NCBI GenBank assembly: GCA_965224025.1
Contig: OZ245033.1
Location: 4,192,001 to 4,256,000 of the forward strand
Origin: Candidatus Multivorans sp.
Lineage (GTDB): Bacteria > Acidobacteriota > Thermoanaerobaculia > Multivoradales > Multivoraceae
Reading direction: 5' to 3'
DNA: 64,000 nt
Below the pieces are notes generated by a model. The model saw only the letters and a list, made by a program, of their open reading frames with translations. It did no database searches and was not told the origin of the DNA. Every line of letters begins with the position of its first letter. Position 1 is the first letter of the stretch. Below, one piece after another: positions 8,757-17,719 of the stretch. Position numbers and translations under genes: made by a program.

Positions 8757-9108
8757 GGCCGTGCCGTAGGCTCTCCGAGCCGTAGGTGTACACGCCGTCC
8801 CCCACGATGATCACTACCCGGCTCAGCGAAGAGTCCCGGACGAAACGTGGATTGCGGAACAGACCGAACTCGGGCATGTCCTGGTCACCAAGGACAAGGG
8901 GATCCAGCACCGAGTATCGGAAGTGGCGGCCATACGTTCAGCCGAAGCGCGACTCCTTGTACTCACCGATAGGCGCGCCACCCGACTCCGAATGTTGCGG
9001 GCGATGATGATCGCGTGGCCGAAGATCGAGAGCATCGTCGATCAAGAACTGGTCGGGCCATGGATCGTCACCATCAGCGCCGCCGGAGCGTTCAGGAAGG
9101 TGCTCTAA
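8695..9108 (+). pseudogene. VapC45-like PIN toxin with in-frame amber stop at 8767-8769
   Basis: Frame reads MAAGPVDDSCLTFFFDRSIGKAVP*ALRAVG...PDETWI...VLVTKDKGI...RKVL*. Confidence 0.8.
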
Positions 9109-9168
9109 CCTCGCTGGCCCGCCGAACGGCTTGAGGAGGAGCCTGCGAGTCCTGGGTCACGCGGAGCG

Positions 9169-10463
9169 CTACTCTACAATCAGTTCCTTGCCGAACTCGA
9201 TGCCCGCGCACTCGCAGGCAGTTTGGATCCACTTCAGCTTCTGCTGGTTGCCGGAATGGACGTTCAGATACCAGCCACCCGGTAGCGACCTTATCGACCG
9301 CTCGCCCGAATCAGCCTCCCTGGGCGACTCGCCGATGTGAGAGCGCGTGTTCGTTGCTATCTCGTCTCGGAATCTCCTATAGAAGGAGACGCCGCCGTGA
9401 TCGTTGTACAGCTTCCCGACGATGTGCTCGTACATGTCGGCTGCGTTCTTCTCCGATCGATCCTCGCCAAGGTACGACCATCGAACCGCCCGAGGAGAAG
9501 AGCGACGCGCGCGCTTGACTGACGGTATCTTGGCATTGCCTTCGGGCTCTTCGGGAGGCCGTTGAGTCGCCCTCGAGACACTCTCGAACCGTTCGAAGTA
9601 CTCGCTGTCGATCGTTACGTCTTCGACGGTACGCTCCCTGACCACCACGCCCAAGCCGCGCTCCTTCAGGAGTTCACAGAGGTTGTCGCCATCGATGAGA
9701 TCGAGAGGAGTAGCCCCGTCTCGCGTGGCCTCGCGCTTGGCGTCAGAAGTGAATGAGCCTGTGGTGATGATGAGGCCCCTGTCGCTGCGTCCCGCCATGG
9801 CGCCTCGGAAGTCCCTCACGACAGGCGCCCCTATGGTCCCCTTGTGCCTCTTGCATTGGAAGTACACCGGAAAGGAGATGAGGGAGAAGCGGTACAGGGC
9901 CGTCCCATCAATGCCTCCGTCCTCGCTGCCTCCGATTACCTTGACGGCCTCGAAACCAGACGAGCGGAGAAGCTCTTGCGCAAGCCGCTCGAACGCTGCC
10001 GGCGACATCTTCAGAAGCCGAGCAAGAAGTTCGTCGCTCCAGGATCCGTTCCCGGTCTCATCATCCGGGACAGCACGCGCTGCAACGGCACCTTGCTGAT
10101 TCGTCGCTCGCCCGAGCTTCTCTTGACGACGGTCACGAAGGTACTCCGCCAAGCGCCGTTCAACCGTCTCCTCGCCCATATTGACGCCTTCCGAAGTCAG
10201 CCGCCAGTAGCCCGACGCTCGCTCTTCAGGGCACCGACGATCTTCAAGTGCGATCGGCAGAAACCCACTCGAAACGCGAGTTCCGACTTGGTTCCGTTGG
10301 CAGCTCGCACAGCGCGCTGAACCGGAGTCAGCTCCAGGTTCATCGCCACGGCCTCGTCGATTTCGTCGTTCGTCGCCGGCATGGGCAGGCGGCGTATCGC
10401 CTCCAGCGTCAGCGAGCGCAGTTCGCGATAGAGAGGAAGTCCCGCAGCCTCTCGTGAACTCAT
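9169..10463 (-). pseudogene. mrr: Mrr-type restriction endonuclease (Mrr_N + Mrr_cat + extra C-terminal domain), frameshifted near 10212
   Basis: Mrr_N lies in ORF 10197-10463 and continues in another frame as GYWRLTSEG. Catalytic motifs FERLAQELL, DGGIDG, FQCKR, GLIITTGSFT. Confidence 0.8.
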
Positions 10464-10587
10464 CGTTGTCTCCTCCTTGCGACGATTCGGCCTCCGAGAC
10501 CTTCACGCCACAGGTCAAGCCACTGTAGCCAGGCGGCCAGGCAGCCCGACGCTGACCAGCCGCTCCGCCGCCGAATCTGCCGGCACG

Positions 10588-11682
10588 CTAGTACACCCCG
10601 ACCGTCGTCGCCGACGCCAACTGTGCGAACGGCCGCACCCCGCTGACGCCGTCCCACGGGTAGTCGACGTAGGGCTGTTCCCGCTCGCCCTCGTCCCGCT
10701 CAAGGAAGCCGGGGACGAAGAACTCGCGGGTCAGGGTCGTCAGGCGCACCCGGCCGGTGGCGCCGTAGTCGACCACCTGGTCCGGATCGTCGGGATCGAC
10801 GACTTCGAGCACGGCTCGCGGCTGGGGCGCGTAGTAGGCGATCGTGTAGCCCTCGGCCGCCGTCACCGGCCGCGAAGCCGCCAGGCCCATCAGGGTGTTG
10901 CCGTAGGTCGGGGTCATGTAGACGCCTTCGAGCAGTTCCTCGACCGCGAACCGCGTCCACTGCGGAGTGAACTCGGTGCCGCCGGAGAAGATGCCCTTGA
11001 TCCCGGTGTCGGCGAGGGTTTGGCCGCGGTCCTCGAGTGCCAGGCAGAGGCTCTCCAGCAGCTTCGGGGTCGCGAACATCGCCTGGATGTCGTGCCCGGC
11101 CGAGAGAACCGACAGCGCCTGGTCGATCACGTGGTCCTTGTAGGCCTCGAGGTGCTCCATCCAGCCCTTCTTGATCAGCTTGATCACCCACCGCGGGTCG
11201 AGGTCGACGCAGAAGCAGATGCCGCCCCGGTACTGGCAGAGGTGCTCTACGGCCAGACGCAGCCGGCGCGGGCCCGAGGGGCCCAGCATCAGCCAGTTGG
11301 AACCCGGCGGGAAGTGCTCGTCCGGCAGGCTGGCGCTGAACAGCTCGTAGTCCGTGCGGAAGTCGTTCAAGGCCACCCGGCTCTTCGGAATCCCCGTGGT
11401 GCCGCCGGTCTCGAATACGTAGATCGGATCGTCGGCCATCGCCTTCGGCACCCATCGGCGCACCGGTCCGCCGCGCAGCCACTCGTCCTCGAAGGGCGGA
11501 AACTTGCGCAGATCGGCGAACCCGGCGACATCGCTACACGGGTCGAAGTCGAGCTTCGAGGCGAAATCCAGCCAGAACGGCGTGCCGGTCTCCGGGTCGA
11601 AATGCCACTCCATCATGTCGCGGACGTGGGCGTCGAGCTTCTCCCTGGCCTGTGCCTTGGCCTCAGCGCTGGCGACTTCCAT
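10588..11682 (-). CDS. EhpF/GriC-like adenylate-forming enzyme (aryl-carboxylate reductase component)
   Basis: FETGGTTGIPK AMP-binding loop, YGNTLMGL, ERDEG; short ANL-type protein; GGAG RBS. Confidence 0.72.
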   Translation of the reverse strand: MEVASAEAKAQAREKLDAHVRDMMEWHFDPETGTPFWLDFASKLDFDPCSDVAGFADLRKFPPFEDEWLRGGPVRRWVPKAMADDPIYVFETGGTTGIPKSRVALNDFRTDYELFSASLPDEHFPPGSNWLMLGPSGPRRLRLAVEHLCQYRGGICFCVDLDPRWVIKLIKKGWMEHLEAYKDHVIDQALSVLSAGHDIQAMFATPKLLESLCLALEDRGQTLADTGIKGIFSGGTEFTPQWTRFAVEELLEGVYMTPTYGNTLMGLAASRPVTAAEGYTIAYYAPQPRAVLEVVDPDDPDQVVDYGATGRVRLTTLTREFFVPGFLERDEGEREQPYVDYPWDGVSGVRPFAQLASATTVGVY

Positions 11683-11798
11683 CTGCGGACTCCAATCGAG
11701 TTTGTTCAAGGAGTGGAAGGGAACGGCGTCGCAGTCCCCACGGCGGCGGCAGATTACAGCACCGGCGCCTCGAACCGAGGCGGTCGGAGCGCGAGCCC

Positions 11799-13514
11799 TT
11801 ACTCAGGCAGCGCGAAGACCCAGAGCACGCCGCCCTGGGGCACATACGTCCTCGTGCCGATCGCGCCGTCCAGGTGGTTCGTGCCGCGCTGGGCGTCGAC
11901 TCCCCAGCCGGACTGCACGGCGACGTATTGCACGCCATCGACCTCGAAGGACGTGGGCACGCCCGTGATCCCGGAGTTCGTTCGCTGCTGCCACAACACC
12001 TCGCCGGTCGCGGCATCGAAGGCCCGAAAGTAGCGGTCGCTGGTGCCGCCCATGAACACCAGGCCGCCGGCCGTCGTCAGGACCGGGCCCCAGAGTGGTC
12101 GCTCGAAGTCGACCGTCCACACCTTCTCCCGCGTGTCGAGGTTCCATGCCTGCAGTTCGCCGTAGTGATCGGCGCCCTCTCGAGACACGAAGCCCCCCTC
12201 CATGCCCATGAAGGTTCGCCCCGGGCGGTAGTCCTCCTCGACACCCTCCAGGTAGGAGCAGGTGTACTCGTTGGCCGGGATGTAGAGCAGCTCCGTGTTC
12301 GGGTTGTAAGCGGCCGGAGGCCAGTTCTTGCCGCCCGACCAGGACGGGCAGAAGACGGCGCGCTCGCCGGTACCCGGAGTCTTCGCCGGGTCGTACTCGG
12401 GCCGGCCGGTGTCGGGATCGATCGACGTGAACACGTCCTGGTAGACGAAGCGGGTCGCGTCCAGGAAGTCGATCGAGTCCGCGCTCCGCTCCAGCACCCA
12501 GAGATAGGCGTTGCGTCCGGGGTGGACCAGCGCCTTGCGCATCCTGCCGTCGCGCTCGACGTCGATCAGGAGCGGCGGATCGACCTCGTCCCAGTCCCAA
12601 CTGTCGTTCCAGTGGTACTGGTGATGTGCTCGGATGTCCCCGGTGTCGACCTCGAGGGCCAGCACGGAGGTCGAGTACAGGTTGTCGCCGGGCCGCGCGT
12701 CGCCCATCCACGGGCCGCCGTTGCCCGTGCCCCAGAAGGTCAGGCGCAACTCCGGGTCGTAGACGCCGGTGACCCAGGCCGAGACGCCGCCAGTGCGCCA
12801 GGTGTCGCCGGGCCAAGTGTCGTGGCCGGGTTCTCCGGGGCCGGGAATCGTGTAGGTCTTCCAGACTTCGTCCCCGCTGTCCGCGTCGTACGCGGCGATG
12901 AAGCCGCGGATCCCCCACTCGCCGCCGGAGACCCCGACGATCACCTTGTCTTCCACCGCCAGCGGCGCCAGCGTCATGTAGTAGCCGCGGGCGTAGTCCT
13001 CCACCGCCGTCTCCCAGGCCACCCTGCCCGTCCTGGCGTCGAGGGCGAACAGACGCGCGTCGACGGTGGCGACGAACACCTTGTCTCCCCACAGCGCCAC
13101 GCCGCGGTTCGTCGGGTGCATCTGCTGCAGGTCCTCGGGCAGTTCGGGCACGAAGCGCCAGAGCAGTTCGCCCGTTCCGGCGTCGAGCGCCAGCACGCGG
13201 CTCCCGGGCGTGGTGATGAAGAGGGTGCCGTCGTTGACGATCGGCGGCGCCTGATGGCCCTCGTTGATGCTGGTCGAGAAGGTCCAGGCGGGGGCCAGCG
13301 AAGCGACGTTCGAGGTGTCGATCCGGTCCAGCGGGCTGTAACCCCAGCCGTCGTAGGTGCGCCGGTACATGAGCCAGTTTCCGGCTTCCGGCGACAGGAG
13401 CCGCTCCTGGGTCACGAGGCGGTAGGCGCGTTCCTGAGCCGCCATGGGCGCGATCGCCGCGCTGAGTGCGAGGAAGGCGGCAAAGCCTCGTGGGCCTGCG
13501 AGTCGCTTCGCCAT
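11799..13514 (-). CDS. PQQ-dependent dehydrogenase (methanol/ethanol family), secreted
   Basis: Signal peptide, NWLMYRRTYDGWGYSPL, LDAxTGxxxW propeller repeats, WGTGN, WDWDEV. Confidence 0.88.
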   Translation of the reverse strand: MAKRLAGPRGFAAFLALSAAIAPMAAQERAYRLVTQERLLSPEAGNWLMYRRTYDGWGYSPLDRIDTSNVASLAPAWTFSTSINEGHQAPPIVNDGTLFITTPGSRVLALDAGTGELLWRFVPELPEDLQQMHPTNRGVALWGDKVFVATVDARLFALDARTGRVAWETAVEDYARGYYMTLAPLAVEDKVIVGVSGGEWGIRGFIAAYDADSGDEVWKTYTIPGPGEPGHDTWPGDTWRTGGVSAWVTGVYDPELRLTFWGTGNGGPWMGDARPGDNLYSTSVLALEVDTGDIRAHHQYHWNDSWDWDEVDPPLLIDVERDGRMRKALVHPGRNAYLWVLERSADSIDFLDATRFVYQDVFTSIDPDTGRPEYDPAKTPGTGERAVFCPSWSGGKNWPPAAYNPNTELLYIPANEYTCSYLEGVEEDYRPGRTFMGMEGGFVSREGADHYGELQAWNLDTREKVWTVDFERPLWGPVLTTAGGLVFMGGTSDRYFRAFDAATGEVLWQQRTNSGITGVPTSFEVDGVQYVAVQSGWGVDAQRGTNHLDGAIGTRTYVPQGGVLWVFALPE

Positions 13515-13516
13515 GG

Positions 13517-14080
13517 TCAGAACTCCTTCTGGAATCGGATCCTGGCGCTGAAACCGCCGGCGGCGACCAGCACGCCGTCCTCCAAACGCAGCGGCAGCGA
13601 CGGCAACCGCCGGGGCGCCGGTCCGGAGATCACTTCGGCGCCGTCCCTGGGGTCGAACTCCGAGTCGTGGCACCCACAAACCAGAAACTCCGTCTCCTCC
13701 GACCAATCCTCGATGTCGCAGCCGGTGTGGGTGCAGACGCCCGAATAGGCGACGACGCCGTCGGCGGACGCCTCTCTGGTCTCCGGCGCGAGCGACTGCG
13801 GGTCGAAACGCAGCAACAAGACCTGGTTCAGGCGCGACCCGTCGCGGACCGCTCCGCTGGCCGCATCCATCGCGTAGCAGATGAGCTGCTCGCTCGCGAG
13901 CGGCACGTCGGCGGCAAGGACTGTCTCGCCCTGGCGCGGACCGAAGGCGAACACGAACCGGTCGCCCTCCTGCGGCCGGGCCCTGCGTGCATCGTCCGCC
14001 TGCGCAGGAAGCACATCGAGGCCGCGCACGCCCAGACCCAGGGCCAGGGCCGACTTGAGAACAGTGCGACGGTTCTCCAT
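13517..14080 (-). CDS. Rieske [2Fe-2S] protein with Tat signal
   Basis: NRRTVLK twin-arginine motif; CTHTGC and CGCHDS; GPAPRRLP. Confidence 0.88.
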   Translation of the reverse strand: MENRRTVLKSALALGLGVRGLDVLPAQADDARRARPQEGDRFVFAFGPRQGETVLAADVPLASEQLICYAMDAASGAVRDGSRLNQVLLLRFDPQSLAPETREASADGVVAYSGVCTHTGCDIEDWSEETEFLVCGCHDSEFDPRDGAEVISGPAPRRLPSLPLRLEDGVLVAAGGFSARIRFQKEF

Positions 14081-14108
14081 TCGCCGACTGAGGCTAGCAG
14101 CCCGCACC

Positions 14109-14203
14109 CCTGGGAACGCGGGCATCCTGCCCGCATCCGGCGCACCGCAGGACGATACAGCCTCTGGGCCTGGGAACGCGGGCATCTTGCCCGCATCCGG
14201 CGC
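14109..14203. repeat. Two tandem 35-bp REP-like units (CCTGGGAACGCGGGCATCYTGCCCGCATCCGGCGC), family A
   Basis: Copies at 14109-14143 and 14169-14203 with one mismatch. Confidence 0.85.
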
Positions 14204-14308
14204 GCAGGGCCGGTCCGGTTGCAGGCGCCCGATGCTACGATTCCGCCTCTTCGCAACCGCCCGAATCCACCCTCCGGCCCCCCTGGGGACCGGCTACAGG
14301 TACCCAGA

Positions 14309-15739
14309 ATGATCGACATTCCCGCCATCCGTTGGGGCAAGCCCTACGAGTCGCTCGAGAAGGCGACGATCGTCCATTTCGAGACCGGCGAGGAGCTGGC
14401 GGCACTCCACCAGACCAACCCCGGCCTGGTCCAGCGCGACATGCGCCGCGCCCAGCGCGCCCGCGACATCCTGCGCGAAATCCCGTCCAACGAGCTGATC
14501 TCGATGGTGATCAAGGCCGCCGACTTCTACCTGAACGCGGACCTGCCGCTGGGTAACGGCACCCAGTCTCCCGAGGACTTCGTCCACTACCAGTCGGCGA
14601 CCACCGGGCTGCCCGAGCACATGTGCCGGGCGAACATGGACAAGAACCACTTCGTGCTGACGAACATGGGAGACGTGCTGGAGGCCCTGACCCGCGGTCT
14701 CGATCTCGACATCCTGGGCCGGGGGCACGGCGTCGAGGAGCGTGGCGTGCCCGTCAGCTACCAGGCGCAGGCGCCGGTGATCGGCCTCGTGCTGCCGTCC
14801 AACTCCCCAGGCGTGCACACGCTGTGGATGCCGGTGATTCCGCTTCAGGTCGGCCTCGTCTTCAAGCCCGGTCCCCAGGAACCCTGGACGCCCTACCGGA
14901 TGACCGAGGCCTTCGCCCAGGCCGGCGTACCCCGCGAAGCGATCTCGATCTACCCCGGCGAGGGCGACATCGGCGCCGCCGTCCTCGCCTCCTGCTCCCG
15001 GAGCATGATCTTCGGCGGCGCGGAGACCGTGGCCCGCTACCGGAACGACCCCCGGGTCCAGCCGCACGGCCCCGGTTTCAGCAAGATTCTGCTGGGCGAC
15101 GACGTCGTCGACGACTGGGAGAAGGTCCTCGACGTGGTGGTCGACAGCGTGCTGGTCAACAGCGGCCGGAGCTGCATCTCCTGCTCCGGCGTCTGGGCCT
15201 CGCGCCACACCGAGGAGATCGCCCAGGCACTTGCCGAGCGGCTGGCGCCGGTGCTGCCCAAGCCGGCCGACGACCCGGAATCGCCGCTCGCCGCCTTCAC
15301 CGTGCCGGGCATGGCGAAGGCGATCGACGGCATGATCGACGCCCAAGTGGACGTTCCCGGCGTCCGCGACCTGACCTCCGAGATTCGCGGCAACGGCCGG
15401 CTCGACGAGCGCGAGCGCTGCGACTACCTGTTGCCGACCGTGCTCCACTGCGCCGATGCCGACGTCCCTGCCGCGAACGTCGAGTACATGTTCCCGTTCG
15501 TCTCCGTCGTCGAGTGCCCGCAGGCCAGGATGCTCAGGTCGATCGGCGACACTCTCGTGTGCAGCGCGATCACGAACGACGAGCGGTGGCGCCGGCAACT
15601 GATCGACGCCATCCACGTCGACCGCCTGAACCTGGGGCCGGTGCCGACGATTCAGCTCAACTGGCTGCAGCCCCACGAGGGGAACATCATCGACTTCCTG
15701 TTCCGGGCGCGGGCGTTCCAGCAGGCGGAGGTGGCATGA
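14309..15739 (+). CDS. Aldehyde-dehydrogenase-fold acyl reductase, GriD/EhpG-like
   Basis: VLPSNSPGVH, KPGPQEPWTP, HGPGFSK, NSGRSCISCS catalytic Cys region, EYMFP. Confidence 0.75.
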   Translation: MIDIPAIRWGKPYESLEKATIVHFETGEELAALHQTNPGLVQRDMRRAQRARDILREIPSNELISMVIKAADFYLNADLPLGNGTQSPEDFVHYQSATTGLPEHMCRANMDKNHFVLTNMGDVLEALTRGLDLDILGRGHGVEERGVPVSYQAQAPVIGLVLPSNSPGVHTLWMPVIPLQVGLVFKPGPQEPWTPYRMTEAFAQAGVPREAISIYPGEGDIGAAVLASCSRSMIFGGAETVARYRNDPRVQPHGPGFSKILLGDDVVDDWEKVLDVVVDSVLVNSGRSCISCSGVWASRHTEEIAQALAERLAPVLPKPADDPESPLAAFTVPGMAKAIDGMIDAQVDVPGVRDLTSEIRGNGRLDERERCDYLLPTVLHCADADVPAANVEYMFPFVSVVECPQARMLRSIGDTLVCSAITNDERWRRQLIDAIHVDRLNLGPVPTIQLNWLQPHEGNIIDFLFRARAFQQAEVA

Positions 15740-16112
15740 TGGGTTCCCGCGCCAGCTGACTCAGCAATCGTCCAGCTAGCCACTTTGTTGCTGCTCTTTG
15801 TTCGAGCCAGTACTCAAGCCGTTCTAACAGCGTGGCGCCGCCCAGAATCCACTCGCATCTCGAAAGAGACAGTTTCTTGCCTCATTGTGGAGGACCTCCG
15901 GTTGTGGAGGACCTCCGGTTATTGGGTGCGGGCGAGCTTGGCAGGCCGGTCAAGCTTGTCAACCACAAAGGCCAGAAGCGATGCGAGAGGCGACCGGGTC
16001 GCGCCGGACTCGCCCTTTGTAGTCAGTCGGGTACCGAGCCGTGGAGCGGTAACGGCGTGGCTTCCCACTACCGGCCGTGCCCACTGTGCAGACGCACCGG
16101 GGTCGTCTTCGG

Positions 16113-16526
16113 TCATCCGCCCAGCGCCTCCACGTCCACGGCCCGCGCTTCGGCCGCGAGCCGTCCGTCGAGAGTGGCCAGTGGCAGCCGCATACGCAGG
16201 GCGAGCTCCAGATACATCGCGTCATAGACGGAGATTCCGCGATCATGCGCGAGTTCGAGAACGGCGCTCCAGACACGAGTCGGGGATACGGAGTCGACCG
16301 CTATGGGCAGAGCTTCAAGGGAGTGACGAATCCACGGCCATTCGCCCGCCTCGAGTCGGCGCCGGCGCGTCGCCGCCAGGAACGCGTTCGCCACCTCGAT
16401 CGGCCAGAGTCCAGGCGCATACGCTTGGCGCTCCATCAGAGACTCCAACAATCGGTCGGTTGCCTCCGTCGCCTCGTCCGCGAAAACCCACGCCATCGTC
16501 ATCGAGGCATCCAGTACGAATACCAT
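16113..16526 (-). CDS. vapC: VapC PIN-domain toxin
   Basis: FVLDASMTMAW, EVANA, SVYDAMYLELA, LATLD; TGATG-coupled to the antitoxin. Confidence 0.88.
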   Translation of the reverse strand: MVFVLDASMTMAWVFADEATEATDRLLESLMERQAYAPGLWPIEVANAFLAATRRRRLEAGEWPWIRHSLEALPIAVDSVSPTRVWSAVLELAHDRGISVYDAMYLELALRMRLPLATLDGRLAAEARAVDVEALGG

Positions 16527-16768
16527 CAGTAGCGGCGCCCTTCCTCGATCAGTTCGCGAATCGACAGCCCACCCAGGCTGTGTGACTTGCGGAACTCCAT
16601 GAGGCTCTCGATCGCGGTGCGTACCTGAGCCGTGTCGGCGCCGCGGTAGGGAATCAGCTCGGCGACCGGGCGATCGTGCCGCGTAATCACGAACCTCTCG
16701 CCAGCCTGCACCCGCTTCAGCAGGCGCGGCAGGTGGGTCTTGGCCTCGAACACACCGATCTCTGACAT
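16526..16768 (-). CDS. Phd/YefM family antitoxin
   Basis: IGVFEAKTHLPRLLKRVQAGERFVITRHDRPVAELIP. Confidence 0.9.
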   Translation of the reverse strand: MSEIGVFEAKTHLPRLLKRVQAGERFVITRHDRPVAELIPYRGADTAQVRTAIESLMEFRKSHSLGGLSIRELIEEGRRY

Positions 16769-16802
16769 GGGACGACTCCTTCCCGAACCGCACAGGTTCT
16801 AA

Positions 16803-16817
16803 CTAGTCTCAGACTAG
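16803..16817. promoter_or_regulatory. Palindrome CTAGTCT-C-AGACTAG, likely operator of the Phd-VapC operon
   Basis: Perfect 7-bp inverted repeat about 35 bp upstream of the antitoxin start. Confidence 0.5.
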
Positions 16818-16906
16818 ACTGACAGCGGCCGAGGGTCAATGGGAGCCACGGGCTGACCGACGCCCGAGAGTCCGCTGGGCCTCCCGCGGCTGTACGATCG
16901 TGCACC

Positions 16907-17719
16907 ATGCGCAAGCAGCTTCCTTGCGGCGTCGAACTGCGGGACCTGGCCTCGGATGCGGACTACGAGGCGGTGATCGACCTGCAGCGTCAGACCTGGG
17001 GCGATCGCTTCGAGGACTCGGTGCCGGCCACCATCCTGATGATCTCGCGGAAGATGGCCGGGGTCCTCGTCGGCGCCTTCGACGAGGACGATCGGATGCT
17101 GGGCTTCCTCTACGGGTTGAGCGGCTTCCGCTACGGGCGGCGGGCGCACTGGTCGCACATGCTCGCGGTGACGCGCGAGGCGCGCGGCCGCGGACTGGGG
17201 CGTGAACTCAAGGTCTTCCAGCGCGAGATCCTGCTGCCGCTCGGCGTCGAGACGGTCTACTGGACCTACGACCCCCTGGTCGCCCGCAACGCGAACCTGA
17301 ACCTGAACCGGCTCGGCGCGCTGCCGATCGAGTACGTCGAGAACATGTACGGCGAGGACACGGGCAGTGTGCTCCACAGCGGACTCGGCACGGACCGCTT
17401 CGTGGTCGCGTGGCCGATTCTGAGTTCCCGGGTCGATTGGCTGGTGACCGGGGCGTCGGGTGCCAAGCCGACCCGCGCCGCGCCACCTTTCCCCGTGGAC
17501 GAGACGCTGCCGGAGACGGTGTGGGTCGAAGTGCCGCCGAACATCAGCGCCATCTTGCATTCGTTGGCTGAGACCGCCTTCGACTGGCGGCGGCGGACCC
17601 GGGCGCAGTTCCGAGAGCACCTGGGGGCCGGCTACGCGGTGACCGGGTTCACCTGGCGAGAAGACGGCGCCGGCGAACGCCGCTACTACTATCGGCTGGA
17701 ACGGACCGAGTCGACGTGA
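16907..17719 (+). CDS. GNAT family N-acyl(succinyl)transferase
   Basis: WSHMLAV, RGRGLGRELK, WTYDPLVARNA; coupled to the OSBS/NSAR gene. Confidence 0.85.
   Translation: MRKQLPCGVELRDLASDADYEAVIDLQRQTWGDRFEDSVPATILMISRKMAGVLVGAFDEDDRMLGFLYGLSGFRYGRRAHWSHMLAVTREARGRGLGRELKVFQREILLPLGVETVYWTYDPLVARNANLNLNRLGALPIEYVENMYGEDTGSVLHSGLGTDRFVVAWPILSSRVDWLVTGASGAKPTRAAPPFPVDETLPETVWVEVPPNISAILHSLAETAFDWRRRTRAQFREHLGAGYAVTGFTWREDGAGERRYYYRLERTEST

Noticed and set aside
8767-8769. Pyrrolysine or other stop-codon recoding
   Set aside because: TAG is used as a normal stop in many genes here, and no pyl genes are seen.
14109-14203. Two 35-bp direct repeats with a 25-bp spacer resembling a mini-CRISPR
   Set aside because: There are only two units and no cas genes, and the same unit is dispersed singly elsewhere, so it is REP-like.
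10588-15739. Phenazine or lux biosynthetic cluster
   Set aside because: No phz core genes or luxAB are present in the window.
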